DNA of 63,018 nt, the filler included, from Circinaria calcarea (lineage: Eukaryota), in the NCBI GenBank assembly GCA_051942165.1. It is 20 parts of 20 records of this genome, joined end to end, with 100 filler letters (N's around TTAATTAATTAA, not from the genome) between each part and the next. Parts side by side here need not be neighbours in the genome. Positions count along the whole stretch, not along the records: positions 22,156 to 25,214 come from JAVECS010003065.1; positions 25,315 to 28,373 come from JAVECS010003066.1; positions 28,474 to 31,531 come from JAVECS010003067.1; positions 31,632 to 34,689 come from JAVECS010003068.1; positions 34,790 to 37,846 come from JAVECS010003069.1; 15 more parts are not named here. One strand, 5' to 3'. Below, piece by piece: positions 22,830 through 35,156 of the stretch. The translations under genes and the position numbers were made by a program. Within the stretch, counting starts at the first letter, position 1. Every line of letters begins with the position of its first letter. Below the pieces are notes generated by a model. That model was not told where the DNA came from. It saw nothing but the letters and a program-made list of their open reading frames with translations, and did no database searches.

Positions 22830-24319
22830 CCGTTGCCATTTGTAGGAACTTGAATTAAGTGGTCTAATTAAAATATATAAAGCAATTATAATAAATCTCC
22901 CCAGGGGCGAGGATGGCCCTTTCTCGGACTAAGGGCTCGGCTAATCCATTACTTCTCCACCATAGTAAGTGAAATGTATAAAATTGATATCATCTACGCT
23001 GCCTCTGCTGAACAGATTAGTCGCTACCTTATTCGATGACTGCTCAGCACTCTATGGTGAATGTTACTACACGATGTTCTATGTGATTTCCAGTTCCGGG
23101 GTATAAGCTCATAATAGGTTTCCGGTATGAGGGACTTGATTGGTCCCTCGTGCAGAGATTTCAGCCTGCCGGGCTATACATGGTAAGGTGGGTTTGGTGG
23201 AGAGACTCTATGTATGCCTCTACATTTGGGTTTGTAAGGGGAAGGGACTGCTTGTATACAATGTTGGGTCGGAGTTAATATCTATTAGTAGTATGTTCTT
23301 CCCACCATATCTCTAGTTTAGTGATGATGTTCTCCTCCCCCACTTCTTTGCCTTTGTCACTGTGATATTTCTTACAACTGAATAGTATAGTCTAGGAGTC
23401 CATCTCCTTTTTGCATCCCATTCTCAGCATCAACCCCTCGGGCTATATCAGACTTGATGTACTACTCCTTGACAAGCTTATTGAACAGAGCACATTCCTA
23501 TATCTGACAGCCCTGATAGTTTCTTTCCTCATCCTCCCCATATCCTGCCTCTGTTCTTCTTCGATGCTCTTGCAACTCAGTCAATAGATTGACGTTCCAT
23601 GGGCGCTCAAACCTATGGTGGGGGATGGCTTCCGCTATTATCTTACCATCCATAGCATGATCGGCCTTGTATCAAGTACCCTTGCCGCGGTCTTAGTGGA
23701 CGTATTAGATGTCCATAAGAAATCTGCCTGAAGGCCTCCACACCCTCGAATGTTACACTTTTTGCCGGCAAGAGCATAGGCAAGGTCATTGTGCATTCTG
23801 TTTCAGATTGCAACAGAAAGCGGGACCTTAAGTACTTTCTTGCCTCCATAGTTAGAAGGAGAGAAGGATGGGATGCTCACATCTCAGGCCTATCGCTTTC
23901 ATACTTTGAGCACCTAGAATCATACTGCGACGATACTATTGCCCCCAACTTTTAATCTTTAGCTTCCCTTGACTAGGTGTTTTCTCATCGGCAGCCAGCG
24001 GCTTTGAGCTACGACCGTCATACAGCCTGGTTGTTCATACTTACTATACAGTCCATTAGAAGCATTACATTTACTACTGAAGCCTCCCTGCCACTCAATC
24101 CTCGAAAGTAGGAGATTATGCAATCACGAGGAAACGATGATCTACTACACATGAATTTAATGCTACCATAGGATATCACGAATCGACGGGAATCAAGTGA
24201 TGAGCCCCGGATAGGATACCAGAAAACTTAATGTCCAAAAAGCGTTAGGTTTTCTCGATGTTTGCATTCTATACTGAGTAGTAGGGGCAACCGCCCGGTT
24301 TCTTCTTCCATGTATGCTT

Positions 24320-25213
24320 TCAAGACATTATCAGCGCTTGGATGATACTAACTGGCAGCAGAACATCCTTCCCTTTCCCTGTATTCAGCCTCGCAGCAGG
24401 ATACATAAGAGCTGGTGTCGACCAACCCAAAAACAGCACCAACCAAACCCAACCTATACCCTTCATCCACCATCTCGTCTTCCCTTTCTTCAATATTCCC
24501 AGCCTTATTGCCACCTCTTGCGCCCCATCCTCGAGCATAATACCCAAGGCTTGCGTAACAAAAAATCCTACGCATTGGGAATCATGAAAAGAGAGGTTAG
24601 AGGAGGAACTTCCACCGCCATGAGCAGCGACCTCGGTGAACATGTGTAGAAGACCGGAAAGGAGGAAGACCAACAAGAGATGCGTATAACGGGTGAAGAG
24701 TGTGTGTTTCGGTAGGTGGAGGAGGGATTCGGTCAAGAAGGTTGACATAGAAGTCAAGGGACGACGGAGGTGTTGGTGCCAGAACGTTCTGCGGAGAAAT
24801 TCAGCCGACTGTACGGAAAAGAGCACGTGTTGACAAATTGCATATACGTACCCCCAGAATCGTCGGATCGTGTACCCTTCGCTTAGTGGTCCAAAGTTGG
24901 GCCGCCAATACTTTGGATCACTTCCACACGCAACGCAAATGAACGCCCATGCACCCATATAACACTGCATAGTGCAATATGATGCCGTCCAATACGCTAC
25001 ACCGCCTACGAGCTTCCTGATAATTTCCTCGTTTGTGACATTTCCCCATCGGATGAAGAAGGGAATCCTGTCCAGCCTGTAGTGGATCTGGTTCTCTGCG
25101 GGCTTCGCGCTTGACGTCGCGAGATCGAGTAGGGCGTAGGACATACAGAAGATTAGTACTTTGCGGAGGAGGAAGGAAGTTCGGGAGGGGATGTAGGCAC
25201 GATTAGAGGTTGA
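24320..25213 (-). CDS. Membrane-bound O-acyltransferase (MBOAT_2 / wax synthase, TRI7-like), 5'-truncated
   Basis: YIPSRTSFLLR, WRPNFGPLSEGYTIRRFWG|TFWHQ (intron 24851-24789), FLLSGLLH, FFVTQALGIMLED. Confidence 0.85.
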   Translation of the reverse strand, partial: STSNRAYIPSRTSFLLRKVLIFCMSYALLDLATSSAKPAENQIHYRLDRIPFFIRWGNVTNEEIIRKLVGGVAYWTASYCTMQCYMGAWAFICVACGSDPKYWRPNFGPLSEGYTIRRFWGYVYAICQHVLFSVQSAEFLRRTFWHQHLRRPLTSMSTFLTESLLHLPKHTLFTRYTHLLLVFLLSGLLHMFTEVAAHGGGSSSSNLSFHDSQCVGFFVTQALGIMLEDGAQEVAIRLGILKKGKTRWWMKGIGWVWLVLFLGWSTPALMYPAARLNTGKGKDVLLPVSIIQALIMS

Positions 25214-25323
25214 GNNNNNNNNNNNNNNNNNNNNNNNNNNNNNNNNNNNNNNNNNNNNTTAATTAATTAANNNNNNNNNNNNNNNNNNNNNNNNNNNNNN
25301 NNNNNNNNNNNNNNTTTCTGCAA

Positions 25324-26520
25324 TTACTTTAACGTCCCCTTGAAGTTCAGGTATCCCGATTCCTCGATCGCAGGATCAAAAACCAATTCCGACTTGACAA
25401 GATTTCCCAGAGCTCTAGCTGCGGGTTGTGCACGTTCACTTTCCAACTTCGCCATCTCTGTCCGCAGAACTTGACCATCAGTAGTACCTACATATACGCG
25501 AGGATCATTTATCCCTTGTCCTGACGTTGAGGCGTCTGCTGAGATCCGGATTTGGCCTGGCGAAAGTGGCTTTGGGAAGTTTGCCACTTTTTGGAAGCTT
25601 GAAGACCAGATGATCCGCTTGTGATGTGTTCGTTGAGAGTGTGTTTCCATAACGGATAGTGTATTCCAGAGCGATCCGAGAATTCGTTGTTTCCTCAAGA
25701 TTGTCTCGGAAGTCCAGCTTCCCCAGTCAATATGCCGGTCATCTGGGACGATTTTCGGGGCTGGCCTTGTAAGCAGTTTATTTCCGTCCTCTGTTTGCTG
25801 TTGCACTTCTTGGAGAGGTGGCACGTAGAGTCGTTCTCTGATCCCTTGGACTAGCATATCTGCCCCTTTGGGCGCCACAAGGCTTAGTAACTCTGGTACT
25901 GTAGCCCCATCATGATTGGGGATCTGGAAGCCAGGTAGAGGGGTCCGGGCGAGAACGATTCCATGATCAAAGTGCTTGTCATGCAGAGTCTGCAAAGAGA
26001 CTCCTGTTCTGGTACAGCCGGCAAGTAGGGCATGGTGCAGCGGTGCTGATCCCCGAAAGTCAGGCAGTAGCGATGGATGTACATTCAATCCCCCATACTT
26101 TGCTCCCTTGAGGATCCGCGACGGGACGAAGAGACCAAAGGAGACGGTAACGATGAGATTGATGGCTTCAGCCTCGGGCCTGGGAGGCTGCCAACCCGTG
26201 AACGTGTTGATCTGATGTAAGGGTAGAGACAGCTCTCGTGCCGTCTCCGCAATAGGAACCTCGCGAACTTTCTTGAGACCTCGGCCCACTCGTTTTGCCG
26301 GTTTGCAAACTACATCGATTGACTTGATGAAGTCCGGTTGAGACTTATGCTCGTGATGTAGCGCTTTCAGAGAAGCAATGCTGAAGTCGTCGGACCCGCA
26401 AAAGAGAATTCGCAGCGGATCTGATACTTTGGTAATGGCGTAAGAACGAGTAAGGAGCGGGTAGCGGAAGATGGATAATCTAAAGTGTGAAAGACGCTTA
26501 GGGGTTCGAAACGGGGACAT
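25324..26520 (-). CDS. FMT1: Mitochondrial methionyl-tRNA formyltransferase
   Basis: LRILFCGSDDFS, VSFGLFVP, NVHPSLLPDFRGSAPL, FDHG, APKI; Arg/Ser-rich presequence-like N-terminus. Confidence 0.93.
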   Translation of the reverse strand: MSPFRTPKRLSHFRLSIFRYPLLTRSYAITKVSDPLRILFCGSDDFSIASLKALHHEHKSQPDFIKSIDVVCKPAKRVGRGLKKVREVPIAETARELSLPLHQINTFTGWQPPRPEAEAINLIVTVSFGLFVPSRILKGAKYGGLNVHPSLLPDFRGSAPLHHALLAGCTRTGVSLQTLHDKHFDHGIVLARTPLPGFQIPNHDGATVPELLSLVAPKGADMLVQGIRERLYVPPLQEVQQQTEDGNKLLTRPAPKIVPDDRHIDWGSWTSETILRKQRILGSLWNTLSVMETHSQRTHHKRIIWSSSFQKVANFPKPLSPGQIRISADASTSGQGINDPRVYVGTTDGQVLRTEMAKLESERAQPAARALGNLVKSELVFDPAIEESGYLNFKGTLK

Positions 26521-27295
26521 ATTAGGTTGTAAATAACGCGGGCCCAAGAGAACATTGTTAGGCTTCCGCTAAACTTTGAACGGTTGAAGTCAACACGACT
26601 GTTAAGTATATACTGGCATCTCGTGGTTATACATATTTAGAAGGACATACGATATAATCCATACACGAAGGATGCTGGACGAAAAGAGGTTGAAAGTCGA
26701 AATAATTCTCGGCAAAAATCTAACCTAACCCCGGGGTAAAACCTGTATTTATTATTCTACACGCATTTATCCATGTAATTAACATGTTATTGAAGTACTC
26801 CCTGCAACCAGCATATCGTCATCCTCCGGTTGGCTTGATTGACCTCGCTGTCGCCATCGCCGTTGTTATCGCTTTGGCTTTTCGCGCAATTACTCCTGCC
26901 GCCGCGAATGCTGAATAAAATCAGAATTGTGCAAAGGTTTAAAGTTGTATAGTATTAGTAGACATCGATTTTTCACGATTAACACATTTTATCCTTATTC
27001 ACAGTGTTTCACAGCAGATTTTACACGTGGTTTCCTGAAAAAACTCGATGCAAATGTCAAATTTTATAAACATTGCGACATAAGGTACGGAGTATAAACG
27101 CGAATATTCTATACTACTTGGGGAGGTCTGTAGCCAATTGATACACCAAATAGCAAGTACTAATCATAGGTACGGCAAGGGGCATTATCAGTAAAACGCT
27201 AGTTACATGGATAAAATAGCTCAGCCGAGTAATTACATGAACTTTACAAGGAGTAGTTTAGTAAATTTGGCGTATGACGGAGAGAAAGCACGTGT

Positions 27296-27363
27296 GCGCT
27301 CAATAGTATTCGGGCGGGGAATATCATTACTATGTAGTATTGGGTTCAAATCCCATGAGCGCT
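27296..27363 (+). ncRNA. tRNA-like element lacking a normal anticodon arm
   Basis: Perfect 7-bp acceptor stem GCGCTCA/TGAGCGC, T-arm TGGG-TTCAAAT-CCCA, D-like arm GTATTC/GAATAT and a short TACT-ATGT-AGTA hairpin; T-rich tract follows. Confidence 0.5.
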
Positions 27364-27577
27364 TTCTGTTTTCTCGTAGTACGGGATTATCCAAAGTCAA
27401 TGGATGTTTAAAGGGCCTATTTCATGCAGGGACCAAAGCTCTAGTCTTGGCAAAATCGGACATCCTCGCGGTTCACGAGTGACGTGATGTTCCCATTACG
27501 AAATGTTTGGGTTCAAAAGCAATCCCCACAAGCTCTGCCAAAACACCATGCGCCATCAAAGAATACCTTAGTCCATC

Positions 27578-28295
27578 ATGAGCGATCGCGAAGCTCAGCC
27601 GCTCCTACAGGACGACCGTCAAGCCCAGCGCGACGCCGAGAACGACCATATCCACGAGCACATCGTTTGGCTTTCACCTGCTGGGAAAGACTCTGATCTC
27701 CACACCACTCGCGCAAAGACACAACGTATCCTCGGTTCCCGAGCCGGCCACTATGCTGTCCTACTGCTAGTCACAGCTAACGTTGCCTGTATCTTTGCGG
27801 ATTTCCTCATTGGCCTCTACAGATGTGAGCACTCATGCAGCAAGGGCCACGGGATCCGTAGGGAGATGAGGGAGCTTCAGAATGCCTTAAGAATTGTGAA
27901 TCTAATGTTCAGTTGCCTGTTCTTGGCGGAATTGGTTGCCAATATGTGGGCGTTCGGCCTGCCGTAAGCGATTTTCCCTGGACCGTTGATGCAGATCGAA
28001 ATCCTAACGGATGAATAGGTACTTCAAATCGAAGTTTCATTGCTTAGATGCTGCAGTTATTCTTGCCAGCTTTCTTGTCAATGTATTTCTGAAGGGTTTC
28101 CCTCAAGAGGTGGCATCCATCGTTATCGTGCTGCGGTTTTGGCGATTGTTCGAAATAATCAAAGAGCTCAGCGCGAGAGTAGAAAATCAAATGGACTCCC
28201 TCACGGAGAAAATAGAGCATCTCGAGATGGAGAATAAGGAGTTGAAAAAGGGGTTGGCAGCTGCCGGCGTCAATGGAAATCGTGTGAGCGAATAG
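27578..28295 (+). CDS. Voltage-gated proton channel Hv1-like protein
   Basis: Exons 27578-27963 and 28019-28295. Four TM segments, FSCLFLAEL, YFKSKFHCLDA, S4 LRFWRLF and a C-terminal coiled coil. Confidence 0.88.
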
Positions 28296-29653
28296 CCGCT
28301 CAATATTTCTTTCGTACACATATATCCGACACTAAGCAGCAGTTTGTTCGAATGCAATGGCGGATATGATGGANNNNNNNNNNNNNNNNNNNNNNNNNNN
28401 NNNNNNNNNNNNNNNNNTTAATTAATTAANNNNNNNNNNNNNNNNNNNNNNNNNNNNNNNNNNNNNNNNNNNNCTCTGCAACTGAAAATAAAAACCTCCG
28501 CTCTTCGCACACCAATGGCCGCCCTCCCTGGCCCCTGGCGGCAACCCCCAGTCTAGCGCCTCTACGCCCGACTTTCGTAGAGGCCCCCCTCCTCCGGTAC
28601 GACCCCACCAAACCCACCACGACTCTGTCCGGGCACGCAAACGCCAATGCACTTTCTGCTGCGGTACGCCCGCCGATCGCTCCCCCCCCGTATTGCCTCA
28701 GCCGCACGCAACGCACGAGAAAAAACGCCTGAGGCTAAGGTAGGCAAGTCACCCATCACGCTACCAATCACCATACCTGGCTGACCGACCTCTGTGCGGG
28801 TTTGCCTTGCCCTCTTTTTCCCCGAACCGGCCCAGCCGGAGTCAGGATTCGGGGTGCAGGATTTGGCATGAAGGATGATCATGCAAGGCATTTCTGACAT
28901 GCTTTTGCTTTGCTGGCCCTGGTCGCGCATCAATCAATTCCCTTCGTCCCTTGTCGCGTTCCCTACCCGGCTTCTCCCCCCCCCCCTCAAAAAAAACGTC
29001 CTGCCGGCTTATTCAAAGTTCCTCTCGCTACTCTGACCTCCCCCTAGGAGAATTTAAATTTCTACCCGGACCCGTGCCGGACTTTTGAGAGGGGATGGGA
29101 AGGGGGAAATACGGGGCGTCAGGGCGTCAGGGCGTGAGGGCGTGCAGCAGCAGTATGTCGATTCATTGCAGGCGTCAAGGGTGGAGCATGTTTTGCTCCT
29201 TGCTCCGCCGCTTTTTCACGTGCCCTCGCTCCGACGGTTTCTTCTACATACTACTGTCGGGGCGTTTCGGGGGCCGTTGGGGGCAGAGATCGGATGGTAG
29301 GATCCGGACGGCGTAGGACTCGGGAAGATCACATCGTGTGGACGAAGTACGAGTGTTTCTTCCAGAGTGAGAAATTGGAATGCATTGTGGCACGACCTGG
29401 ACTTGAACGTCAGGAAGACAATCCCAGGTGGATATTAGTTTCAAAGGCTGCGGGGCCGGCATCCGGACAGTGCCCGTGTTCTACCTACAGTAGCTGTGAC
29501 TATCATGCAATTGTTCTGTTGATCGACCGTGTGGCCCCGAAGTCCCCAAGAAGCTGGATACACGCCAGCCATGATGCTCCTTCCTCAGCCGCCGAGCATT
29601 CGTTTCTCAATCTCACTTCCCGACTCAATCATACTTCAAATAATACCCATCCA

Positions 29654-31531
29654 TCATACATCCTTGTAAAAGACAGCGTCATCGTCAACCTCTATGACCC
29701 GAACGGGGGCATGCTCACTATCACCAGTTGCTCGTCGGTGGTGAGGTGGCCGGTAGGAGCTACTTTGATGCCGGAAATGTTCTTCGTAACTCTCGCGCCG
29801 ACCGTGGACGGGAACAAAGCTTCGCGGCGGTGAGATGCGTGCCGGTTGGAGAGTTTGAGTGATTTCGCGTGGTCCATCACGCGGACGAACGGAGTGGCTG
29901 TGTTCAAGAGGGTTCCATAGCGCAAGTGAGGCGTATTGTGGAACAGGTTCTGAAAGGGGTCGAACTTCGCGATACCCTCGTGGTAGTGAACGTCGACCTG
30001 TATTCAACAATTAGTCTAGTAAACTCTGTATTGTTTCAAACTCTTCATCAGACCTGACGGGTAAAATTCGTCACTGCTACTGTTCTCCCAAGATCCATTT
30101 CTGCCGCGGTAACGACTTTGCCTAGGGCGCTCAGGTAAATTGAGCGATTCGACAGTGTTCTCCTGCGAACGGGGGCTTTCGTAGGAAGCTTTCCTGGCAA
30201 AAGCAACTCTCGTGTTCCCAATATCTTGCCTTCCCCGGTTCTCTTCATGGTGTCTATCCTGATAATTGCTATCATCCGTGACCCGTATGATTCGAACAGA
30301 GCGAGAAGGTGGAGGCGGGGGTTCATCGAAATTTGGATCGTAATCATAGGACTTCCCAATATATCTATCGTCTCGAACACTATGCTCTGGATATGGCGCA
30401 GGTAGGCTTTGGACGTAGTCTTCCCTCCCCAGTCTGTAGGGCGACACGTGTCGAGGGAGTACTGACCTAGAAGGGCGACGTAACATCGGCCTGATACTAT
30501 AGTTTTCGTGATGTTCAAAATCATAGCCATACTCGATTTCTCTATGTGGAGTCAAAGGCCTTCGAAGCTCGGGACTTGGGTGGGTTCGAACGTGATCATG
30601 TTCGGAGCTCTGGCTATCGAGGGCCCGTTCATAACGTAAATTCTGCCTCGAGACAGTGCCTCGAGAACTAGAGGGCGGAAGGGGCCGAGTTTCATGATCC
30701 ACATATCGAGTGCGTTCGATGATTTTGGTCCTTTCGTCGGAACTCCTTGTCCTACCCCTGAGAATTCTAACGGGCCTATATAAAGTGCTGGAGCTCGATC
30801 GTGATCGAGAGCTGCGTCTAGGACTTCTGCTTATTGAACGAGATCTTCGGACCACACGAATCTTTTCTTGGCTCGAAGAACCCCTTTGGTTCTCCTCGGC
30901 GGAGCCTGTACGGACGTGACGTCTTTTACCGTGTTTTATTTTCTTGTGGTACTTGTCACGATAGTAAGATCGGCGTCTTCGGTACCCTTCGTCTGGAGTG
31001 TCCTCGCTCGAAGTCTGCTCCTTGATACACTTTCTGCAGATACTTGACCGAGGTACTTCTCCTGGTGCCAGGGGATGCCGGCCCTGGTAATTAGGTGACC
31101 GATATTTACCACAGGATCCACACGTGTGCTTCCCAGTCGCCTCCTTGTTTTGGTCGTTTTTTATTACCGCCTTATCAGAGGTGGTTTCCGAGACATAATC
31201 CGAGGCTTCGATAAGTGGCCGTGTAAGGAATGGCTGGCTTGGGTATCTCATCACAGCTTGTTCAGCCACGACTGTCTGCTGAGGTGCACCAGGGTACTGA
31301 AATTGTAAATGCTGTTCTGGCGGCGGGGCCATATGATACTGAGGCGCTGGGGCTGCTGGGGCTGAGTAAACACGCACTTCACGTTGGACAGCGTCCGCTG
31401 GATGTGAACGGCGCTGGCTGGAACCCCAGGCCCTTCTAAGCGCTGTTAGACCCAGATCAAAGGGCGAAGGTAGCTCCACTCGCTTTCGAACAAACGCTGG
31501 TCTCTTACGACCGGGTACGACATATATCTTT
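29654..31531 (-). CDS. Arg/Ser-rich hypothetical protein with CxxC...CxxC motif, 5'-truncated
   Basis: 487-aa ORF containing HTCGSCGKYRS...RHPLAPGEVP...ICRKC. A probable intron at 30053-29998 joins the last exon in frame. Confidence 0.7.
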
Positions 31532-31631
31532 NNNNNNNNNNNNNNNNNNNNNNNNNNNNNNNNNNNNNNNNNNNNTTAATTAATTAANNNNNNNNNNNNN
31601 NNNNNNNNNNNNNNNNNNNNNNNNNNNNNNN

Positions 31632-32309
31632 ATCCTTATTATAGCATTCTATTTCTATCCGACCTCGGTCAACTTCACTCTCTCTTCGAAAACCGACATC
31701 TTCTTCGCCGCGATGTTTTTCTTCGCAGCATGTAAATGCCTCGTCTGCTCTTGCATGTGGCACACAATGAACAGCATTGCAGACCAAACCCTGATGGAGC
31801 GATTTGCCTGTGTTGACTACACCGGGATTTCGCTGCTTATCGCCGCTTCGATCATGACTACCGAGTACACGGCGTTCTACTGCGAACCTCTTAGCCGATG
31901 GATATACATCGTCACTACTGCTGTTCTCGGGGTGGGGGGTGTCATACTTCCATGGCATCCAACGTTCAACCGGGCTGACATGGCTTGGGCACGGGTAGCA
32001 TTTTATATTGCACTCGGCGCAACTGGATTTGCTCCCGTGGTTCAGTTGAACCTCACGCGAGGGTCGACGTGGTCGTATTTCTTCTACGCACCGGTGATGA
32101 AGAGCGTTGCCGTGTATCTAATAGGCGCCGTGATATATGCCCTCAAGCTCCCGGAGAAACTAGTCCCGGGCTGGTTTGATTACTTTGGCGGCAGCCACAA
32201 CATATGGCATTTTGCTGTGCTGGGTGGGATCCTGTTCCATTACTCGGCCATGCAAACATTGACCCTCGGCGCCTTTAAGCGAGCGCAGCAAGAGTGCTCG
32301 GTATATTAG
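31632..32309 (+). CDS. IZH3: PAQR / haemolysin-III family membrane receptor (Izh3-like), 5'-truncated
   Basis: SCMWHTM, ACVDYTGISLLI, PEKLVPGWFDYFGGSHNIWH, which are PAQR motifs. Confidence 0.85.
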   Translation: MLIIAFYFYPTSVNFTLSSKTDIFFAAMFFFAACKCLVCSCMWHTMNSIADQTLMERFACVDYTGISLLIAASIMTTEYTAFYCEPLSRWIYIVTTAVLGVGGVILPWHPTFNRADMAWARVAFYIALGATGFAPVVQLNLTRGSTWSYFFYAPVMKSVAVYLIGAVIYALKLPEKLVPGWFDYFGGSHNIWHFAVLGGILFHYSAMQTLTLGAFKRAQQECSVY

Positions 32310-33745
32310 GACTGGAGGGGCACGAGGCCATCAGCGCAAGTGCTGACTGATGGCCCAACGCCCTGAAACCCATAGACATCTGTTCATAGAGAATGTTATT
32401 GGCGATTATACAGATCAGCAACCGTGCCTACTCATTTATTACTCTTGGAAGGGGGATTGTGAGAAGTCTTGCTGCCCAAAGCATTACAACGTTGATTCTT
32501 TGTTGGAGATGTCCGAGTCTGGTGACACAGATCAGCAGACGGGATATGCTTTTGCATCGGATGTTGTCGAACTCTCGTACGGAGAACCGCGCTCCTCTTT
32601 CCACCGTGACAACAAAAGATGTCATCGTGCATGGATAGCTTGAATCGTAGGCTTTTGATCTACACGGGCACCCACGGTTCGAGGAATGGTCCCCGCATCT
32701 TCGCTTGCGTTGCTTTCTACTCCGTATCATTACTGGATGTACTCCGCAGGTGGGCGAGTTCTCGGCAGCCAACGATCAAGTATCACGAGCGCACTATGCG
32801 TATCTATCAACGTGGAAGTTCGTCACCGGGAGCTGCTCCCCGTGCGTCATTATACAAGACTCGGCTACAAATCATACCGTACGGAGTAGAGGGCTCGCCG
32901 TTACTACTGGCGAATACTACCATCCCACGCCCTGACCGCACCGAAAAGCTTCTGGTATGGTTCTTCCAGCTCTAGCTGCAGATGATACCTGCGAGCTTTA
33001 CGTCTTCTGAAAAAGGTTCGTTGACATGCATCCCATCACAGTCTAGGTAGTTTATCGCGACCCTCTCACGCTCAGCTGTGTCATAGCGGCCTGAAAAACG
33101 GCAATCCTCGCTCAATCGAGATCTTAGTCGGTGCCCAACCGCCGCGGCGCGTTCGTCCTTCTCTTGGTTCCATGTGCAATGACTTCAGCTTGATGCTGGC
33201 AGACGGATCGGCCATCTCTTACCCGCCTGTGCTTTCTATCTCGCCTCGTCTCTCTTCCGGCTGAAGGAAGGGGGTTACGCTGTCTACGCTGGCGACACTC
33301 TCCAGCTTCCCAGCATGCGGTCACTGTCCATTGCTTCATCTGTTCATCTGGTACGCCCTGCTTATCTCCACGATCGCATCCCCGGTACTGTTTGCGACGC
33401 GCATTAGCGTGGGTTCCTTGTGCGAACCGAGATTTCAAGTCGAAGACCTTCTGCGGTTATCCAGGGCGGCCTTCGGGGGAGGGCGGTGCTTCGCGTGTTA
33501 ACAATCGGGCGTCAAGATCTTCCTTTCGTAATTATGCAAAATATTAATCCATGTTGCCCTGGCTTTTGGTGCCAAGCCTCTGCCACCTTCGTTCATGTTA
33601 AAGGACCGGTCCTAGGCCATTTTACTCTGCTAACTTGGAAAAGGTTGTGGAAGTATTTCGGACGTCTCCAATTGATACGTCAAATACACTTTCGGTCCTG
33701 GTTTGCCTATTCATGACTCTCCTCCTTCAACCTACTCGAGTCAGC

Positions 33746-34689
33746 ATGTCTCATAGAGTGGGTTTCCAATCAGACCGTTGGAATGCCCCAGCAGCCGGAA
33801 GGAACCCTTGGATACCATCTGGCGTTCCCGACCCGCGGAGAGACCTTCGACGGTGATTGACCCTCGCCTCCTTCCCTCATATCTCCTCTCGTAGTTTTCT
33901 CTCGTTTCCTATTCTATATCCTTCCTTTCGTCGTTCATTGGTCATGAACCGAACGAAGCTCCTGACGGATAATCAGTCCAGCGCACCCAGACGAGACGGC
34001 TTTCCTGCCAACACCCGACCAAGGATCACGATCAGATCATTATGGTGTCCGTGCTTCGAAGTGCGTCTGTTGCTTATTCTCGTCCCCGGCAGCACTGCTG
34101 AGAAGCTAACCGAGCTCAGTGCTCTCCCCCCACCGAATCTGCCATATTTGAGTGGTACTTCTACTACATTCAAAAGCTCTTCTTCAGATTACCATGAAGC
34201 CTATCTGCCCGAGACCAGGATAGGTCAGGGTCGAGTCGACTATGGTGCCATTGGACAGACAAGCATCTCGAGTGCTGAGAGGAGTCATACTGAGTACGAG
34301 AATTCGAAGCGCTCGTCTCCTGAGCACTATCCATGGGAGGAGGATTCTCCAACGTCTTGGACTTCTCCAGATCTCCTCACGGAAGGGTCGTCCTCAGGCA
34401 TAGGGAGCGCTAGTGGATCCAAACCCCAGGGCAAAACGCATTCTCAGCGACGGCCTTCAAATCGGGATGAATTCGATGGACCACATCAATTCCTTGATCG
34501 GCCCCCTCCGGAAGTTATTACCGCGCAAGAGAGAGATCTTCCTCATCTACCAACCAACTTGTTCGTGAATGAACAAGACGACATCTTGTCACAGGTGAAC
34601 GATTGTCTTTCTACATGTGCTTTTAATTTCGTTGCCAAGTATCAATTTCCCATTCCGTTGGAGCCGGATAAGCGGCCCGTCAGGATACC
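33746..34689 (+). CDS. Conserved-looking fungal hypothetical protein, 3'-truncated; exon structure uncertain
   Basis: Long ORF ending in an ordered segment ERDLPHLPTNL...VNDCLSTCAFNFVAKYQFPIPLEPDKRPV. Confidence 0.6.
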
Positions 34690-34789
34690 NNNNNNNNNNN
34701 NNNNNNNNNNNNNNNNNNNNNNNNNNNNNNNNNTTAATTAATTAANNNNNNNNNNNNNNNNNNNNNNNNNNNNNNNNNNNNNNNNNNNN

Positions 34790-35156
34790 CTCCTTCCGCA
34801 CCCTCTCCACCTTCATCGACCCAACCAACATCCCCAAAAAGTACGGTGGCGAGCTCGATTACTCCTATGGCCAGCCACCCGTGCTCGATCCGGCAGAAGA
34901 AAAGCACATCACATGGGCAAGCCCGCAGGCGGAAATGGCCCCGAGCCAGCGCGCATGGCCGCAAGGCCCGATCAAGTGGGTTCCGGGGGAGAATGGGACG
35001 CTGGTGGCGATGGCGGTAGGGAGTGTTGGCGGTAAGGAGAGGAGGGAGATTGTGGCGACCCTACATCCAATGACGGACGACAAGAAGGCGGCGATGGAAT
35101 CGATGGGAAGGTTGAGTATTCAGGGGGAAAGAATAGTGGTTAACGGGGCTGCTTAA
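34790..35156 (+). CDS. C-terminus of a CRAL-TRIO/Sec14-like lipid-binding protein
   Basis: In frame upstream of the listed ORF: LSTFIDPTNIPKKYGGELDYSYG. Confidence 0.75.

Noticed and set aside
26720..26732. TAACCTAACCC telomere-like motif
   Set aside because: Fewer than two perfect units and internal to a contig.
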